Assembly: GCA_963667725.2 (NCBI GenBank) | Contig: CAXXHO010000005.1 | Location: 64,001-128,000, forward strand | DNA from: Treponemataceae bacterium | GTDB taxonomy: Bacteria > Spirochaetota > Spirochaetia > Treponematales > Rectinemataceae | Direction: 5' to 3' | Length of the DNA: 64,000 bases | Part shown: piece after piece, positions 1 to 10,518 of the stretch | Layout of the letters: each line of letters opens with the position of its first letter | Numbering within the stretch: position 1 is the first letter of the stretch | The notes under the pieces: model-generated | What the model was told of the DNA's origin: nothing | The model's input: the letters and a program-made list of their open reading frames with translations, nothing else | Database searches by the model: none | Program-made: the position numbers and the translations under genes

Positions 1-43
1 CAGGCCCCCAGTAGCCGTAGCCGATCACACCTACACGAATCAT
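1..43 (-). CDS. Gfo/Idh/MocA-family oxidoreductase, N-terminal fragment (runs off window)
   Basis: Manual translation from ATG at 43 gives MIRVGVIGYGYWGP, a Rossmann GxGxWG start typical of this family; lies just downstream of the sugar transferase. Confidence 0.75.
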   Translation of the reverse strand, partial: MIRVGVIGYGYWGP

Positions 44-55
44 GATTCTTCGTAT

Positions 56-1219
56 CTAGCGGGCACCGTTGGCGGTCAGAACGGCCGCAGGCGTCTGTAG
101 CAGGATCTTGAGATCTAACCAGAGCGACCACGACTGTGCGTACCGCAGATCCAGCCGCACCATGTCGTCAAACTTGACCCTGCTGCGTCCCTCGACCTGC
201 CACAGACCGGTGATTCCAGGCTTTGCAGCCAGCAAACGCGCCCTGTGCCAGGTGCTATAAACTGCCGCCTCATACGGAATCGGCGGCCGAGGCCCTACCA
301 GCGACATTTCCCCTTTCAGCACATTCAGGAATTGTGGAATCTCATCAAGGCTCGTCTTCCGCAGAAACCGGCCGATCGGCGTAACGCGTGTATCCGCGGT
401 CAGCTTATAGCAGGCCTGTTCATCTGCGTCTTGCTCGCAGCCCTCCGCCCCCGCGATGAACTGCTTCACATACTCGCGGTGAACCGTAGGGTCGTTATTC
501 ACATACATCGAGCGGAATTTCAAGAACGTGAACTTCTTCCCGTATTGGCCGAGCCGCGGTTGGCGAAAGAAGACCGGCCCCTTCGAGGTGAGCTTGATGC
601 AAAGAGCGATGGCGATTAGCAACGGCGCGCCTGCCAGCAATGCTACCGCGCTGCCCGCGACATCCATGAACCGCTTCGCTCCAAGAGCCGCGCGATTGGG
701 GGCTGTGTTGTGGAGCAGGGTGTCGTAGAGCGTCGCTTCGATTCCACCGGATGGGCCTTCATCGTCCCAGTCTTCCGGAAACACGTAGAACGAGAGGTGA
801 ATCTCGTTAATCTGCTTGATCGTGAGCGTACTGGCAAGCGCCTTCGAAACCTTGGTCAGAAGTGCGCTGGCGACGGATTTCCCATCCTTGTTCGCGCCCA
901 GTTCGGTAAAGATGACCCCGACCACCGATCCATCCCGATACCAGCCCGTGATGTCGGTATCCCTGGTGGAACTGGAGAGAGCCTTCAGAACCTGGAGAGC
1001 TTGGCCTCCCTCATCCGACTTCAGCAACCTCTCGGATTCGAGCAGCATGAGGACAAAGCCCCTTTCGGATCGCTCTGCTCTCTTGCGTTCCACGTACAAC
1101 ATCCGCATGAATGTCTCTTGTGCGAGAATTCCGCGGGATCCCAGCGAGATTGCACCTGGATCGGCCGCCGAATGCGCATTCCTTCGGGGACTTCGAAATG
1201 GTCGGGCTGTTGTGCTCAT
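56..1219 (-). CDS. Priming polyprenyl-phosphate sugar-1-phosphate transferase (Bac_transf) with N-terminal degenerate GGDEF-like domain
   Basis: C-terminal motifs KRFMD, KFRSM, LRKTSLDEIPQF, SLVGPRP, KPGITGLWQ. Start is either 1219 (ATG) or 1288. Confidence 0.92.
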   Translation of the reverse strand: MSTTARPFRSPRRNAHSAADPGAISLGSRGILAQETFMRMLYVERKRAERSERGFVLMLLESERLLKSDEGGQALQVLKALSSSTRDTDITGWYRDGSVVGVIFTELGANKDGKSVASALLTKVSKALASTLTIKQINEIHLSFYVFPEDWDDEGPSGGIEATLYDTLLHNTAPNRAALGAKRFMDVAGSAVALLAGAPLLIAIALCIKLTSKGPVFFRQPRLGQYGKKFTFLKFRSMYVNNDPTVHREYVKQFIAGAEGCEQDADEQACYKLTADTRVTPIGRFLRKTSLDEIPQFLNVLKGEMSLVGPRPPIPYEAAVYSTWHRARLLAAKPGITGLWQVEGRSRVKFDDMVRLDLRYAQSWSLWLDLKILLQTPAAVLTANGAR

Positions 1220-1292
1220 GCTTTCACCTGCGACAGGCTCACGGAACGGGGTTGGGAGGGAAACTGCGTTTGCTGCTCCGCCACTCACACCT

Positions 1293-1886
1293 CTACGCGG
1301 GTGTGTTCGATGCGGTGCGAAGAGCCGTCTGATTGGGGATCCGGAGTGCAGCGTAGCGTCGGTCGCCTCCGAGCGGCGTCACCCACTCGCGCTCGATCTC
1401 TACCGCCATCGAGCGTTGCAGAAGCGTTACCGATACTACGATGCGATTCTCTTTTTTGCTTTCGACGAAGATGCCTTCTATGCCTGCGAGAGGCCCGCTT
1501 TCCACGCGAACTGACTCGCCGGCCTCCAGGTATTCCCACGGCTCCACCATGAGACCCGAATTGACGGCAGTCCGGATCGCCGCGATTTCCGCGTCCTCGA
1601 TCGGCGCCGGGATCTTCCCGATTCCAACAAATTCGATCGCACCCGGGATTGTCAGAATGGGCAAACGGTGGCGCGGATCGAGATGACAGAAGACGTATCC
1701 AGGGAATAGAGGCAACTCGACGGACTTCTTGCGATCCGACCAACGATGGATAGAACGATAAAGCGGCAGGAACTCTTCAAAACCCTTGTTTCGGGCGCAT
1801 GTTGCGACGAGTTTTTCTGCCCGGGATCTTACCCGGAGTGCATACCAGCTACAGGAAACACCTTCCCCCACTTCTTCGGAGTTCAT
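1293..1886 (-). CDS. NusG-paralogue (RfaH/UpxY-type) transcription antiterminator
   Basis: WYALRV..AEK, PLFPGYVF (NGN domain); GESVRVESGPLAGIEG (KOW). ATG at 1886 has a purine-rich SD; ORF extends to 2015. Confidence 0.92.
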   Translation of the reverse strand: MNSEEVGEGVSCSWYALRVRSRAEKLVATCARNKGFEEFLPLYRSIHRWSDRKKSVELPLFPGYVFCHLDPRHRLPILTIPGAIEFVGIGKIPAPIEDAEIAAIRTAVNSGLMVEPWEYLEAGESVRVESGPLAGIEGIFVESKKENRIVVSVTLLQRSMAVEIEREWVTPLGGDRRYAALRIPNQTALRTASNTPA

Positions 1887-2347
1887 ATTCCTGCCTTTGC
1901 TTTCGTCGTCCGCACAGGCTACCGCCCTTTTAGTCCCATCAGGCATTTCCTTACATGGGCGGAAGGTGCTCAATTTTGTCGAATCCGGCGCGGAAAGTTG
2001 CAGTTCAGATGCCACATCGTCATCGACACTAACTGCTTTTGAATAAGTGCGTTACATCCGTCTTTGGAATACGAAACAATGGGCGTCCGGGGAACGGTCC
2101 AATCAGAAACCGGCGAAAGTAAAGGCAAATCAGGCCTGAATGGCGGGTTTTTGATGGAGTCGTAACGGGTATTCCAAAAGAGTGGGATTGGAAAGCGTGG
2201 CTTTCGGCAAAACGCAGAAAAACGTTCGGCACTCCGCGGTCATTTGAGGCCCAAAGATCCAATCGCCCGGCGGCGCTTTAACTTTCGATAGGACCGGTTT
2301 GTCTACTATTTTCCATATAGATATGAATTTACTAGTACTACTACACT

Positions 2348-5300
2348 GTGCTCATTGCAATGGGACTAATATCGTTAGGCTCTCGCTTTTCCCAGCGCCT
2401 CGGTTTTCTCGCGCTGGCCCTGTTCGGAAGCATCTGCTGGGGACAGACAACACTCTCGCTCGCATCGGGTTCCGGTGTACAAGGAGGCCCTGTAAACGTC
2501 AATCTGTCGTTTAATGACGCCTCCTCTCAACAGGTCTCGGGCCTTCAATGGACCTTCACCTATCCGTCCTCCAGCATCTCGGCCATCAGCGTGACAGCTT
2601 CCTCCAGCCTGACCAGTGGCGGCAAGTCGATCACATGTAACGCCGGAACGGGAACCTATCAGTGCATCGCAATCGGGTTAAATCAGAATGTCGTCCCGAA
2701 TGGGGTGATCGCCTCAGTGCAGTTCACGCTGTCGGCCAGCGCGTCGACTTCGACAGTCGGAATCAGTAACGCGCTGGGCACATCCACCACGGGGAACGCG
2801 GTCAATCTGGCGGCAACGGGAGGAACGATCACGGTCACAGCACCGCCTCCGGCCGCCACCCCGACCGCCCTGGCCTGCTCACCGACATCGCTGACGTCCA
2901 GCACCGCATCGACCTGTACCGTAACGATCTCCCAGACGGCGCCCACAGGTGGCATAGCCGTCACGGTGGCAGACGACAACAGCGTGCTCACTACACCGGC
3001 TTCTGTCACCGTCGCTGCGGGCGCCACCACAGCGACCTTCTCCGCCACCGCCGGCACAATCGCCTCCAATCAGACCGCGAATGTCACCGCGTCCCTGAAC
3101 GGCACCACAAAGTCCGCGGCAATCTCTCTGGTTGCTCCGGCAACCTTGAGTTCCCTGGCCTGCTCGCCCACGTCTCTGACGGCTGGCGCGGCCTCGACCT
3201 GCACGGTCACGATTTCTCAGGCGGCACCTGCCGGCGGCGCGGCCGTTACGGTATCGGACGACAGCAGTGTGCTCACCACGCCTTCCTCCGTGACAGTAGC
3301 AGCCGGGGCCATCACCGCGACCTTCTCCGCTACGGCCGGGACCATCGCCTCCAGTCAAACCGCGAACATCAGTGCCACTCTCAACGGATCCACAAAAACC
3401 GCGGCGATTTCCCTCGTGCCTGCGACCATCACTTCCCTGGCCTGCTCACCGACATCTCTAACATCCAGCACCGCCTCCACTTGCACGGTCACGATTTCCC
3501 AGAACGCACCCACCGGCGGTATTGCCGTCACTCTCGCTGACGACAATAGCGTGCTCACTACGCCCGCTTCCCTCAACGTCGCTGCGGGTGCATCCACCGC
3601 AACCTTCTCTGCTACCGCCGGGACCATTGCCTCCAATCAGACGGCGAACATCACGGCAACACTGAATGGCTCCACAAAATCCGCCGCGATCTCTCTGGTT
3701 GCTCCGGCAACCCTGACTTCCCTGGCCTGCTCGCCCACGTCTCTGACGGCTAGTACTTCTTCCACCTGCACAGTAATAATCTCCCAGGCCGCTCCGACGG
3801 GTGGCTCAGCCGTTACGCTGTCCGACGACAGCACCGCGCTCACTACACCAGCCTCCGTCACCGTCGCCGCAGGTGCCACCACAGCCACGTTCTCCGCCGC
3901 CGCCGGCTCGATTACGTCCAGTCAGACGGCGAACATCACCGCTACCCTCAACGGATCGACGAAATCCGCGGCACTCTCCCTCGTACCGGCAACCCTGAGT
4001 TCCCTCGCCTGTGCGCCCACATCGCTGACGTCCAGCACCGCGTCGACCTGTACCGTCACAATCTCCCAGACGGCGCCTACCGGCGGCATTGCGGCCGCGT
4101 TGACCAGCGACAACGGCACGCTCTCTACCCCGGCTTCCGTTACGGTCGCTGCGGGGGCGTCCACGGCAGCTTTCTCCGCCACAGCAGGCGCTATCGCCTC
4201 CAACCAAACCGCGAACGTTACTGCCACGCTCAACGGCTCTACAAAATCCGCCGCGATCTCTCTGGTAGCCCCCGCGACCCTGACTTCCCTGGCCTGTTCG
4301 CCGACATCTCTGAGTTCCAGCACGTCCTCTACCTGCACGGTCACAATTTCCCAGGCCGCACCCACCGGCGGTATTGCCGTCCCTCTCGCTGGCGACAATA
4401 GCGTGCTCAATACACCCGCTTCCGTCAACGTCGCTGCGGGTGCATCCACCGCAACTTTCTCTGTCACCGCCGGGACGATCGCCTCCAACCAGACCGCGAA
4501 CGTCACCGCCACGCTCAACGGCTCTACAAAATCGGCCGCCATCTCCCTGGTGGCGCCGGCAAACCTGACTTCCCTGGCCTGCTCACCCACTTCTCTGACG
4601 TCCAACGGATCGTCAACCTGCACGGTGACGTTGTCCCAGGCCGCCCCCACCGGCGGTTCAGCGGTCACCCTTGCTGACGACAGCAGCGTGCTCAATACCC
4701 CGGCCTCCGTGACCGTAGCCGCAAACGCGACCACCGCGACCTTCTCCGTCACCGCCGGTTCCATCCCGTCCAATCAGATGGCAAACGTCACCGCCACCCT
4801 GAACGGCTCCACCAAATCCGCGGCTGTCTCCCTGGCGGCTCCGACACTGACTTCCCTGGCCTGCTCGCCCGCATCCCTCGGGTCGAACGATTCGGCCACC
4901 TGCACCGTGACCCTGACCATGGCGCCAACCGCGGCCGCCACCATCGCCCTCTCGTCCGATAGCAGCTCCGTCACCGTGCCGCAATCCGTAATCGTAGCCG
5001 CCGGTTCCACTTCCGCGACCTTCGCGGCCACCACTTCGATGAATCCGGCCGCGCAGAAGGTCACGTTGACCGCAACCCTCGCGGGCGTCTCGGTAACCAC
5101 TGCGGAAACGGTTGCCCCTAGCCCCGTAAAGCTGACTGTCGGCCCCGGACAGACCTACACGAAACCGTGCCAGGCCTTCGCTGCCGTACCGGATGGCTCT
5201 ACCATCCAGATCGATGCGGCGGGCGATTATTCGGGCGATGTCTGCGCCATTACAGCCAACAATCTGACCATTCAGGGCGTGAACGGCCGCGCCAAAATCG

Positions 5301-7960
5301 ATGCGGCTGGCAATAACGCGCAGGGCAAGGGCATCTGGGTCATTCAGGGCAGCAACACCACCGTCGAAAACATCGAATTCAGCGGCGCCACCGTTCCCGA
5401 TCACAACGGCGCGGGAATCCGCCAGGAAGGCCCCGGCCTGATCGTCCGGAACTGCTTCTTCCACAACAACGAAGAAGGCCTCCTCGCGGCCGCCAATTCG
5501 AGCGGCGAAATCCTGATTGAATACAGCGGGTTCGCTTACAACGGCTATGGCGACGGCGCTACGCACAACATCTACATCGGAACCGTCCCGAAGTTCACCC
5601 TGCAGTACAGCTATTCCAGCCATGCCAACGCCGGGCACCTGGTCAAATCGCGGGCCGTGCAGAACAACATCCTGTACAACCGCCTCACTTCGGAACTCAC
5701 CGGAACCACCAGCTATGAGCTGGACCTGCCCAACGGCGGCCAGTCTTTCGTAATCGGCAACGTCATCGAACAGGGACCCGGCGCTTCGAATTCCATTCTG
5801 TTCGCCTACCTCGAAGAGGGCGCCGTCCCCGAGGTCCCCAGCCAAGACCTCTTCGTCGTCAACAACACGTTCGTGAACGATGGACCCAGCGGTGTCTTCA
5901 TCAATATCGGAGCTGCCGCCACCACACCCGCCGTGATCAAGAACAATATCTTCTACGGACCGGGCACCGTCATATCGCAATCCAGCGCCGTTCAGGCCTC
6001 CAATCTGACGCAAATCCCGTTGTTCGTGGACAGCGCAAATTACGATTACCATCTCGCCACCGGTTCTCCGGCCATCGATGCCGGCGTGGCCGCGGGAACG
6101 GGCGATAGCGTTTCCCTCACCCCGGCCAACGAATATGTCCACCCGGCCTGCGGCGAGCAGAAGGGCATCGTAGGATCGGCAATCGATATTGGCGCCTTTG
6201 AATTCGGAAACCCCGGCGGTTCGCTTTCTTGCGGCGGCCGCCTGCCTGAGATGGCGCAGTTCACCGTCAGCCCGGCCACCGTTTCCGGCGGCAGCACCAG
6301 CACCGGAAGCGTGACCCTCTCGGCCGCGGCGCCTTCCGGCGGAATCGCGGTTGCTTTGAGCAGTTCGAATGGGAATGCCGCCGCAGTGCCGGCATCTGTC
6401 ACGGTCGCTGCCGGGAGCATGACCGCCACGTTTACAATTCAGACGTCGCAGGTGGCCGCCGCTACTCCGGTGACCATTTCCGCCACCTATGGAAGCCTCA
6501 CGCAGACGGCCAGCCTGACGGTCTCGGCCCCGTTGGTGACGGTTTCGTCTTTGGCTTGCAGCCCGACGAGCCTAGCTTCCGCCGCGCAGAGCACCTGCAC
6601 GATTACGATTTCCGCCGCCGCTCCGACCGGCGGCAGCAGCGTTGCGCTCAGCTCGAATAGCGGAGTGCTCGCAGTGCCCGCGAACGTCACGGTAGCAGCC
6701 GGGGCAACCTCGGCCACGTTCGCTGCCACCGCCGGTTCCATCGGGTCCAATCAAACCGCGACCGTTACGGCTTCGCTCAATGGCGGTTCCAAATCGGCCG
6801 TCATCTCGCTGACCGCTCCGGTGGCCGGCCTCAGCTCCCTGGCTTGCGCGCCCACTTCGCTGGCGTCGAATGCTGCGGCTACCTGCACGGTCACGATTTC
6901 CGCGGCAGCGCCGAGCAACGGCACGGTCGTCGCCCTCTCGGATAACAGCAGCGTGCTTTCGGTACCGGCGAGCGTCACCGTCGCTTCGGGTGCCACATCA
7001 GCCACGTTCTCCGCAACGGCGGGTTCGATCGGCTCCAATCAGACGGCGACAATTACCGCCACGCTCAACGGCAGTTCCAAAACGGCCGCAATCTCTCTGA
7101 CCGCCCCGGTAGCGGCGGCCCTCAGTTCCCTGGCCTGCTCGCCGACATCCCTGCCATCCGGTGCCTCGACCACCTGCACCGTCACCATCTCTGCGACCGC
7201 TGCCAGCAGCACGGCCATCACGCTGTCCGATGACAATAGCGTCCTCTCGACCCCGGTCTCCGTCACGGTCGCTGCCGGCGCAACTTCGGCCACCTTCACC
7301 GCAACGGCCGGCTCGGTCAGCTCCAATCAGACGGCGAACGTCACCGCAGCCCTGAACGGCACCACCAAATCCGCGGCAATCTCCCTGACGGCTCCTGTGG
7401 CGGGCCTCAGTTCCCTGGCCTGCTCGCCGACATCTCTGGCTCCAGGCGCCGCGACCACCTGCACCGTTACGCTCTCCGCAGCGGCTGCCACCAGCACGGC
7501 CATTACGCTGTCCGATAACAACAGCGCCCTCACGACTCCGCCTTCGGTCGCTATTGCTGCCGGTGCTACCTCGGCCACCTTCACCGCCACCGCGGGTTCA
7601 GTGTCCTCGTCTCAAACCGTGACGGTAACGGCTACTCTGGGTTCCACCAACAAGACATCCCAGGTCACCATCAACCCAGCGGTGTCTATCTCATTGACCG
7701 GCTTGAGCTGCACGCCCCAGAATATGCGTGCGGGTGGAAGGGGAACCTGCACCGTCACCCTTTCCGGTAATGCAACCGGAAGCGGTTTCCTGGTTTCGAT
7801 CAGCGCAACTCCGAGCACGACCATTTTGGTGCCCTCCTCGGTTCTGGTTCCGGCGGGTCGCAACTACGCGACATTCACGGTCACCGCATCGAGGTTCTAC
7901 ACCCAGGGGACGATTACCGCCACAGCGGGAAGCGTGACTCTGAACTTCGCGGTTCGCTGA
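2348..7960 (+). CDS. Large secreted repeat protein: signal peptide, cohesin-like N-domain, 8 Ig-like repeats, right-handed beta-helix domain, 6 more repeats
   Basis: ~95-aa repeats LxxLACxPTSL..TCTVT; central beta-helix (GKGIWVIQGSNTTVENIEF, NGAGIRQEG, GHLVKSRA) ending in DYHLATGSPAIDAG..DIGAFE. Confidence 0.85.
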   Translation: MLIAMGLISLGSRFSQRLGFLALALFGSICWGQTTLSLASGSGVQGGPVNVNLSFNDASSQQVSGLQWTFTYPSSSISAISVTASSSLTSGGKSITCNAGTGTYQCIAIGLNQNVVPNGVIASVQFTLSASASTSTVGISNALGTSTTGNAVNLAATGGTITVTAPPPAATPTALACSPTSLTSSTASTCTVTISQTAPTGGIAVTVADDNSVLTTPASVTVAAGATTATFSATAGTIASNQTANVTASLNGTTKSAAISLVAPATLSSLACSPTSLTAGAASTCTVTISQAAPAGGAAVTVSDDSSVLTTPSSVTVAAGAITATFSATAGTIASSQTANISATLNGSTKTAAISLVPATITSLACSPTSLTSSTASTCTVTISQNAPTGGIAVTLADDNSVLTTPASLNVAAGASTATFSATAGTIASNQTANITATLNGSTKSAAISLVAPATLTSLACSPTSLTASTSSTCTVIISQAAPTGGSAVTLSDDSTALTTPASVTVAAGATTATFSAAAGSITSSQTANITATLNGSTKSAALSLVPATLSSLACAPTSLTSSTASTCTVTISQTAPTGGIAAALTSDNGTLSTPASVTVAAGASTAAFSATAGAIASNQTANVTATLNGSTKSAAISLVAPATLTSLACSPTSLSSSTSSTCTVTISQAAPTGGIAVPLAGDNSVLNTPASVNVAAGASTATFSVTAGTIASNQTANVTATLNGSTKSAAISLVAPANLTSLACSPTSLTSNGSSTCTVTLSQAAPTGGSAVTLADDSSVLNTPASVTVAANATTATFSVTAGSIPSNQMANVTATLNGSTKSAAVSLAAPTLTSLACSPASLGSNDSATCTVTLTMAPTAAATIALSSDSSSVTVPQSVIVAAGSTSATFAATTSMNPAAQKVTLTATLAGVSVTTAETVAPSPVKLTVGPGQTYTKPCQAFAAVPDGSTIQIDAAGDYSGDVCAITANNLTIQGVNGRAKIDAAGNNAQGKGIWVIQGSNTTVENIEFSGATVPDHNGAGIRQEGPGLIVRNCFFHNNEEGLLAAANSSGEILIEYSGFAYNGYGDGATHNIYIGTVPKFTLQYSYSSHANAGHLVKSRAVQNNILYNRLTSELTGTTSYELDLPNGGQSFVIGNVIEQGPGASNSILFAYLEEGAVPEVPSQDLFVVNNTFVNDGPSGVFINIGAAATTPAVIKNNIFYGPGTVISQSSAVQASNLTQIPLFVDSANYDYHLATGSPAIDAGVAAGTGDSVSLTPANEYVHPACGEQKGIVGSAIDIGAFEFGNPGGSLSCGGRLPEMAQFTVSPATVSGGSTSTGSVTLSAAAPSGGIAVALSSSNGNAAAVPASVTVAAGSMTATFTIQTSQVAAATPVTISATYGSLTQTASLTVSAPLVTVSSLACSPTSLASAAQSTCTITISAAAPTGGSSVALSSNSGVLAVPANVTVAAGATSATFAATAGSIGSNQTATVTASLNGGSKSAVISLTAPVAGLSSLACAPTSLASNAAATCTVTISAAAPSNGTVVALSDNSSVLSVPASVTVASGATSATFSATAGSIGSNQTATITATLNGSSKTAAISLTAPVAAALSSLACSPTSLPSGASTTCTVTISATAASSTAITLSDDNSVLSTPVSVTVAAGATSATFTATAGSVSSNQTANVTAALNGTTKSAAISLTAPVAGLSSLACSPTSLAPGAATTCTVTLSAAAATSTAITLSDNNSALTTPPSVAIAAGATSATFTATAGSVSSSQTVTVTATLGSTNKTSQVTINPAVSISLTGLSCTPQNMRAGGRGTCTVTLSGNATGSGFLVSISATPSTTILVPSSVLVPAGRNYATFTVTASRFYTQGTITATAGSVTLNFAVR
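2860..5120 (+). repeat. Eight tandem ~285-bp coding repeats
   Basis: Recurrent ccctggcctgctc..cc near 2868, 3153, 3435, 3720, 4002, 4287, 4572, 4854. Confidence 0.9.
6250..7957 (+). repeat. Six further ~95-aa coding repeats (first lacks the Cys pair)
   Basis: Same repeat consensus in translation. Confidence 0.85.
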
Positions 7961-8103
7961 ACGCCACTACTGCTCTCGCAGCCCGGTCAGTGCCTGGAAA
8001 AGCCGCGCCGCGAGCGTGAGCCAGTAGGGCCCCACCAGTAAGAGGAGGCGCTAAGGACATAACGAGTGCGGACAGGCTACAATGATTTGCGGGACACATA
8101 CCT

Positions 8104-9144
8104 ATGCAAGCCGAAACCGTCGGACTGCCCGTTCTTCCGCCCTTGGATGCCAGAATTCCAACGTGGTCGCTGGACAAGCTCGAACTTAGACAATGTCCCT
8201 TGTGCCGCAGTAACAATCATCCCTCACTTGCGCGCCCTGATCGCCTTGGCATTGCTTTCTGTGGAAAATGCCAGCTATGGTACGTTTCCTGCCTCCCGTG
8301 CCTGGAGGAGATACGGAAACTTTATCAGGGCTACTGGTTTTCGTTCAGGCCCAAGGATCTCTCGAAGTCGTATGCGACCCGTCTCCAGTCAGACATGGCG
8401 TTGGGCAAGAACGACATCCGGTTGAATCGCCTGTCCGCACTCTGCAAGGGTTTAGAAGGCAAACAGCTTCTGGAGATCGGATGTGGTTGTGGTGAGTTGT
8501 TGGTTACCGCTCGACATCGAGGCTCTGCTGTTGTTGGCAACGACATCTCACAGGAGGCTTGCTCTTTTGTCCGCGATCTACTACAAATCCCAGTCTGCCC
8601 CGGCGAGCTGTGCGATTCGCAGTTCACCAGTCAATTCGGTCAGATGGACGTAGTTGTTATGAGTGATCTAATCGAGCATCCAGTCGAACCGCTTCGCACA
8701 TTAGAGTCTGCCTTGAACGTACTGAAACCAGGTGGTCTCCTACTAATTCTTACACCCAATGGAGGCGAGGCCTCAGATAATCTCCAATGCGCGAAAGAAT
8801 GGGTCGGATTTCGCGTGGATTTGGAACACCTTCAATATCTGTCCGCCGCAACCATTTTTACCCTTGCCTATCGGTATGACTGCCGAATTGAGCACTTGGA
8901 GACATTCGGCTATCCGTGGCTGGAAGGTATTGACCGCCTTCCTACTGAGAGCGGTGCCGCCTTACAATCAGTAAAAGACCGCATCAGGGCAAAATTCAGG
9001 AAGTCCAACCTCGCTCGAAGGAGTGTCCGTGCTATCCATGCGTTTCTTAATACTACACGGGAAGAACAGCGTGATCCTCGATTGGGAACGTACCACCTAA
9101 TCACGATTCTCCGAAAGATGGGATCTGGCCGCGAAATCCCGTGA
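8104..9144 (+). CDS. Class I SAM-dependent methyltransferase with N-terminal CxxC..CxxC motif
   Basis: LLEIGCGCG, DVVVMSDLIEH, LKPGGLL..TPN; CPLC and CGKC; visibly more AT-rich than flanks. Confidence 0.88.
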   Translation: MQAETVGLPVLPPLDARIPTWSLDKLELRQCPLCRSNNHPSLARPDRLGIAFCGKCQLWYVSCLPCLEEIRKLYQGYWFSFRPKDLSKSYATRLQSDMALGKNDIRLNRLSALCKGLEGKQLLEIGCGCGELLVTARHRGSAVVGNDISQEACSFVRDLLQIPVCPGELCDSQFTSQFGQMDVVVMSDLIEHPVEPLRTLESALNVLKPGGLLLILTPNGGEASDNLQCAKEWVGFRVDLEHLQYLSAATIFTLAYRYDCRIEHLETFGYPWLEGIDRLPTESGAALQSVKDRIRAKFRKSNLARRSVRAIHAFLNTTREEQRDPRLGTYHLITILRKMGSGREIP

Positions 9145-9243
9145 TTCTTTGGGAACTCAGTGACTATATGTCAGCGCCGGTGGCGAAAATCCCGATAGTG
9201 CGGATCGATAATTCCCTTCCCCAGACAATGCGAAGTTGTTGCA

Positions 9244-9369
9244 GCCAACGGCACGGTGTAGCGTGGCGCTGCGTTGCAGATGGCGGAGCGGATGCCGGGC
9301 GACGGCCTGGTGACGCTGGCCGGAGACAAAGGCTACGACACGAAAGACTTCGTTGCCGAGTTGCGGCAG
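9244..9369 (+). mobile_element. IS5-family transposase remnant with in-frame stop
   Basis: Translates ANGTV*RGAALQMAERMPGDGLVTLAGDKGYDTKDFVAELRQ (DKGYD catalytic-Asp region); TAG at 9259-9261; no N- or C-terminus. Confidence 0.75.
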
Positions 9370-9492
9370 GGCCAAGCCAGAGCGGGAAATATCGGAGCCA
9401 TAGCTGCATATTGGGATAGTGCGTTAGCGCTGCCCATCCCGTCACCTCAGGCGAGGAAAGATAAACACACCTCAGAGACAGGACACTCAGCT

Positions 9493-9711
9493 CTAGCGGG
9501 CTGCGGACATCCGGGAGGCACCCGGGGCAGATTGGATGGCGAGAATTTCGAGCGATCTCAGCGAAAACACTTCCTGGAAACCGCTGGTCGGGTCGGTCAT
9601 CGTCAAACCGGTGCGGTTATCCAGGCTGATGCGGGAGGCTTGCCGGACACGCACACGGCCCTGATCTCCCTGCCTGAATTTCAGTACGAGATTTGCGGTT
9701 TCTCCCGACAT
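9493..9711 (-). CDS. Small hypothetical protein
   Basis: 72-aa ORF with ATG, upstream AGGA, beta-strand-like composition; no family recognised. Confidence 0.5.
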   Translation of the reverse strand: MSGETANLVLKFRQGDQGRVRVRQASRISLDNRTGLTMTDPTSGFQEVFSLRSLEILAIQSAPGASRMSAAR

Positions 9712-9857
9712 TCATTTCCTCGCTCAAAGACCATGTGTGCCTATGGGCGAATTGTTCTCACGTGTTTTTTCAGTATTAGCCCGGAACCTAGATCCAGCAA
9801 TACTAGCGATAGTTAACTTCACCCCACGGATTCAGGGGTAGCGCACACTATCTCTTC

Positions 9858-10338
9858 TTATCGGATCGTGATCGTACTTTCTGTAGGTGGGATTTCCAGG
9901 CGGGAGGCATCTGGCGATGCCCCTAACAGGTTCTCCAGCCGGACCGTGACCACGCCCGCCTGAGATTCTTTGGGGATGTTTGATTTTTACAACAGCAACA
10001 GCACCATTGCTGATTTTCGCCCTACCGCCGACCAGCATACATTTGTATGCGTATGCTTCCGGATTCTTTCGGAGCTGTCGGGCGCACATGAGTTGCTTCC
10101 CCGCCTCCACCGCGCTCGGGCCAGCCGACCATCCGCTGTCCTGAATATCCACCCGGCCAATCGGGAATACCAGATCCCATTGCAGAGCGGCAGGCGCTCG
10201 ATCGGGCGGCGCCGACAACTGGATCGATAACGATCCGGAATCGCCACGGGATAGCACTGCGGCGGGAACTCGCAGTTCCTGCCCCCAGAGCGGAAATGCC
10301 AGTATTGCAACCCAGATTAGCCGATTCACAGTCAACAT
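9858..10338 (-). pseudogene. Stand-alone secreted cohesin-like domain protein with a +1 frameshift at ~9979-9981
   Basis: Signal peptide, then PAALQWDL..AGKQLMC..YKC matching N-domains of the two giant proteins; deleting one T restores C-terminus TVRLENLLGASPD..TITIR* (stop 9858-9860). Confidence 0.7.
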
Positions 10339-10518
10339 CCCTCACCTCAATTGTTTGGCATCGGACGCTACTGAGAGGATATTACGTTTCCAGGCGTTTC
10401 CTAAAGTTTAGGACCTCGTCGCGGCTCAATAACGTAATATATGGCCATTACGTCCACAGTACCCAGCTTTTGCGTCCCTGGAGAATAAAGTGCCGATAAT
10501 CTTTGCTGGAGGCACCCA

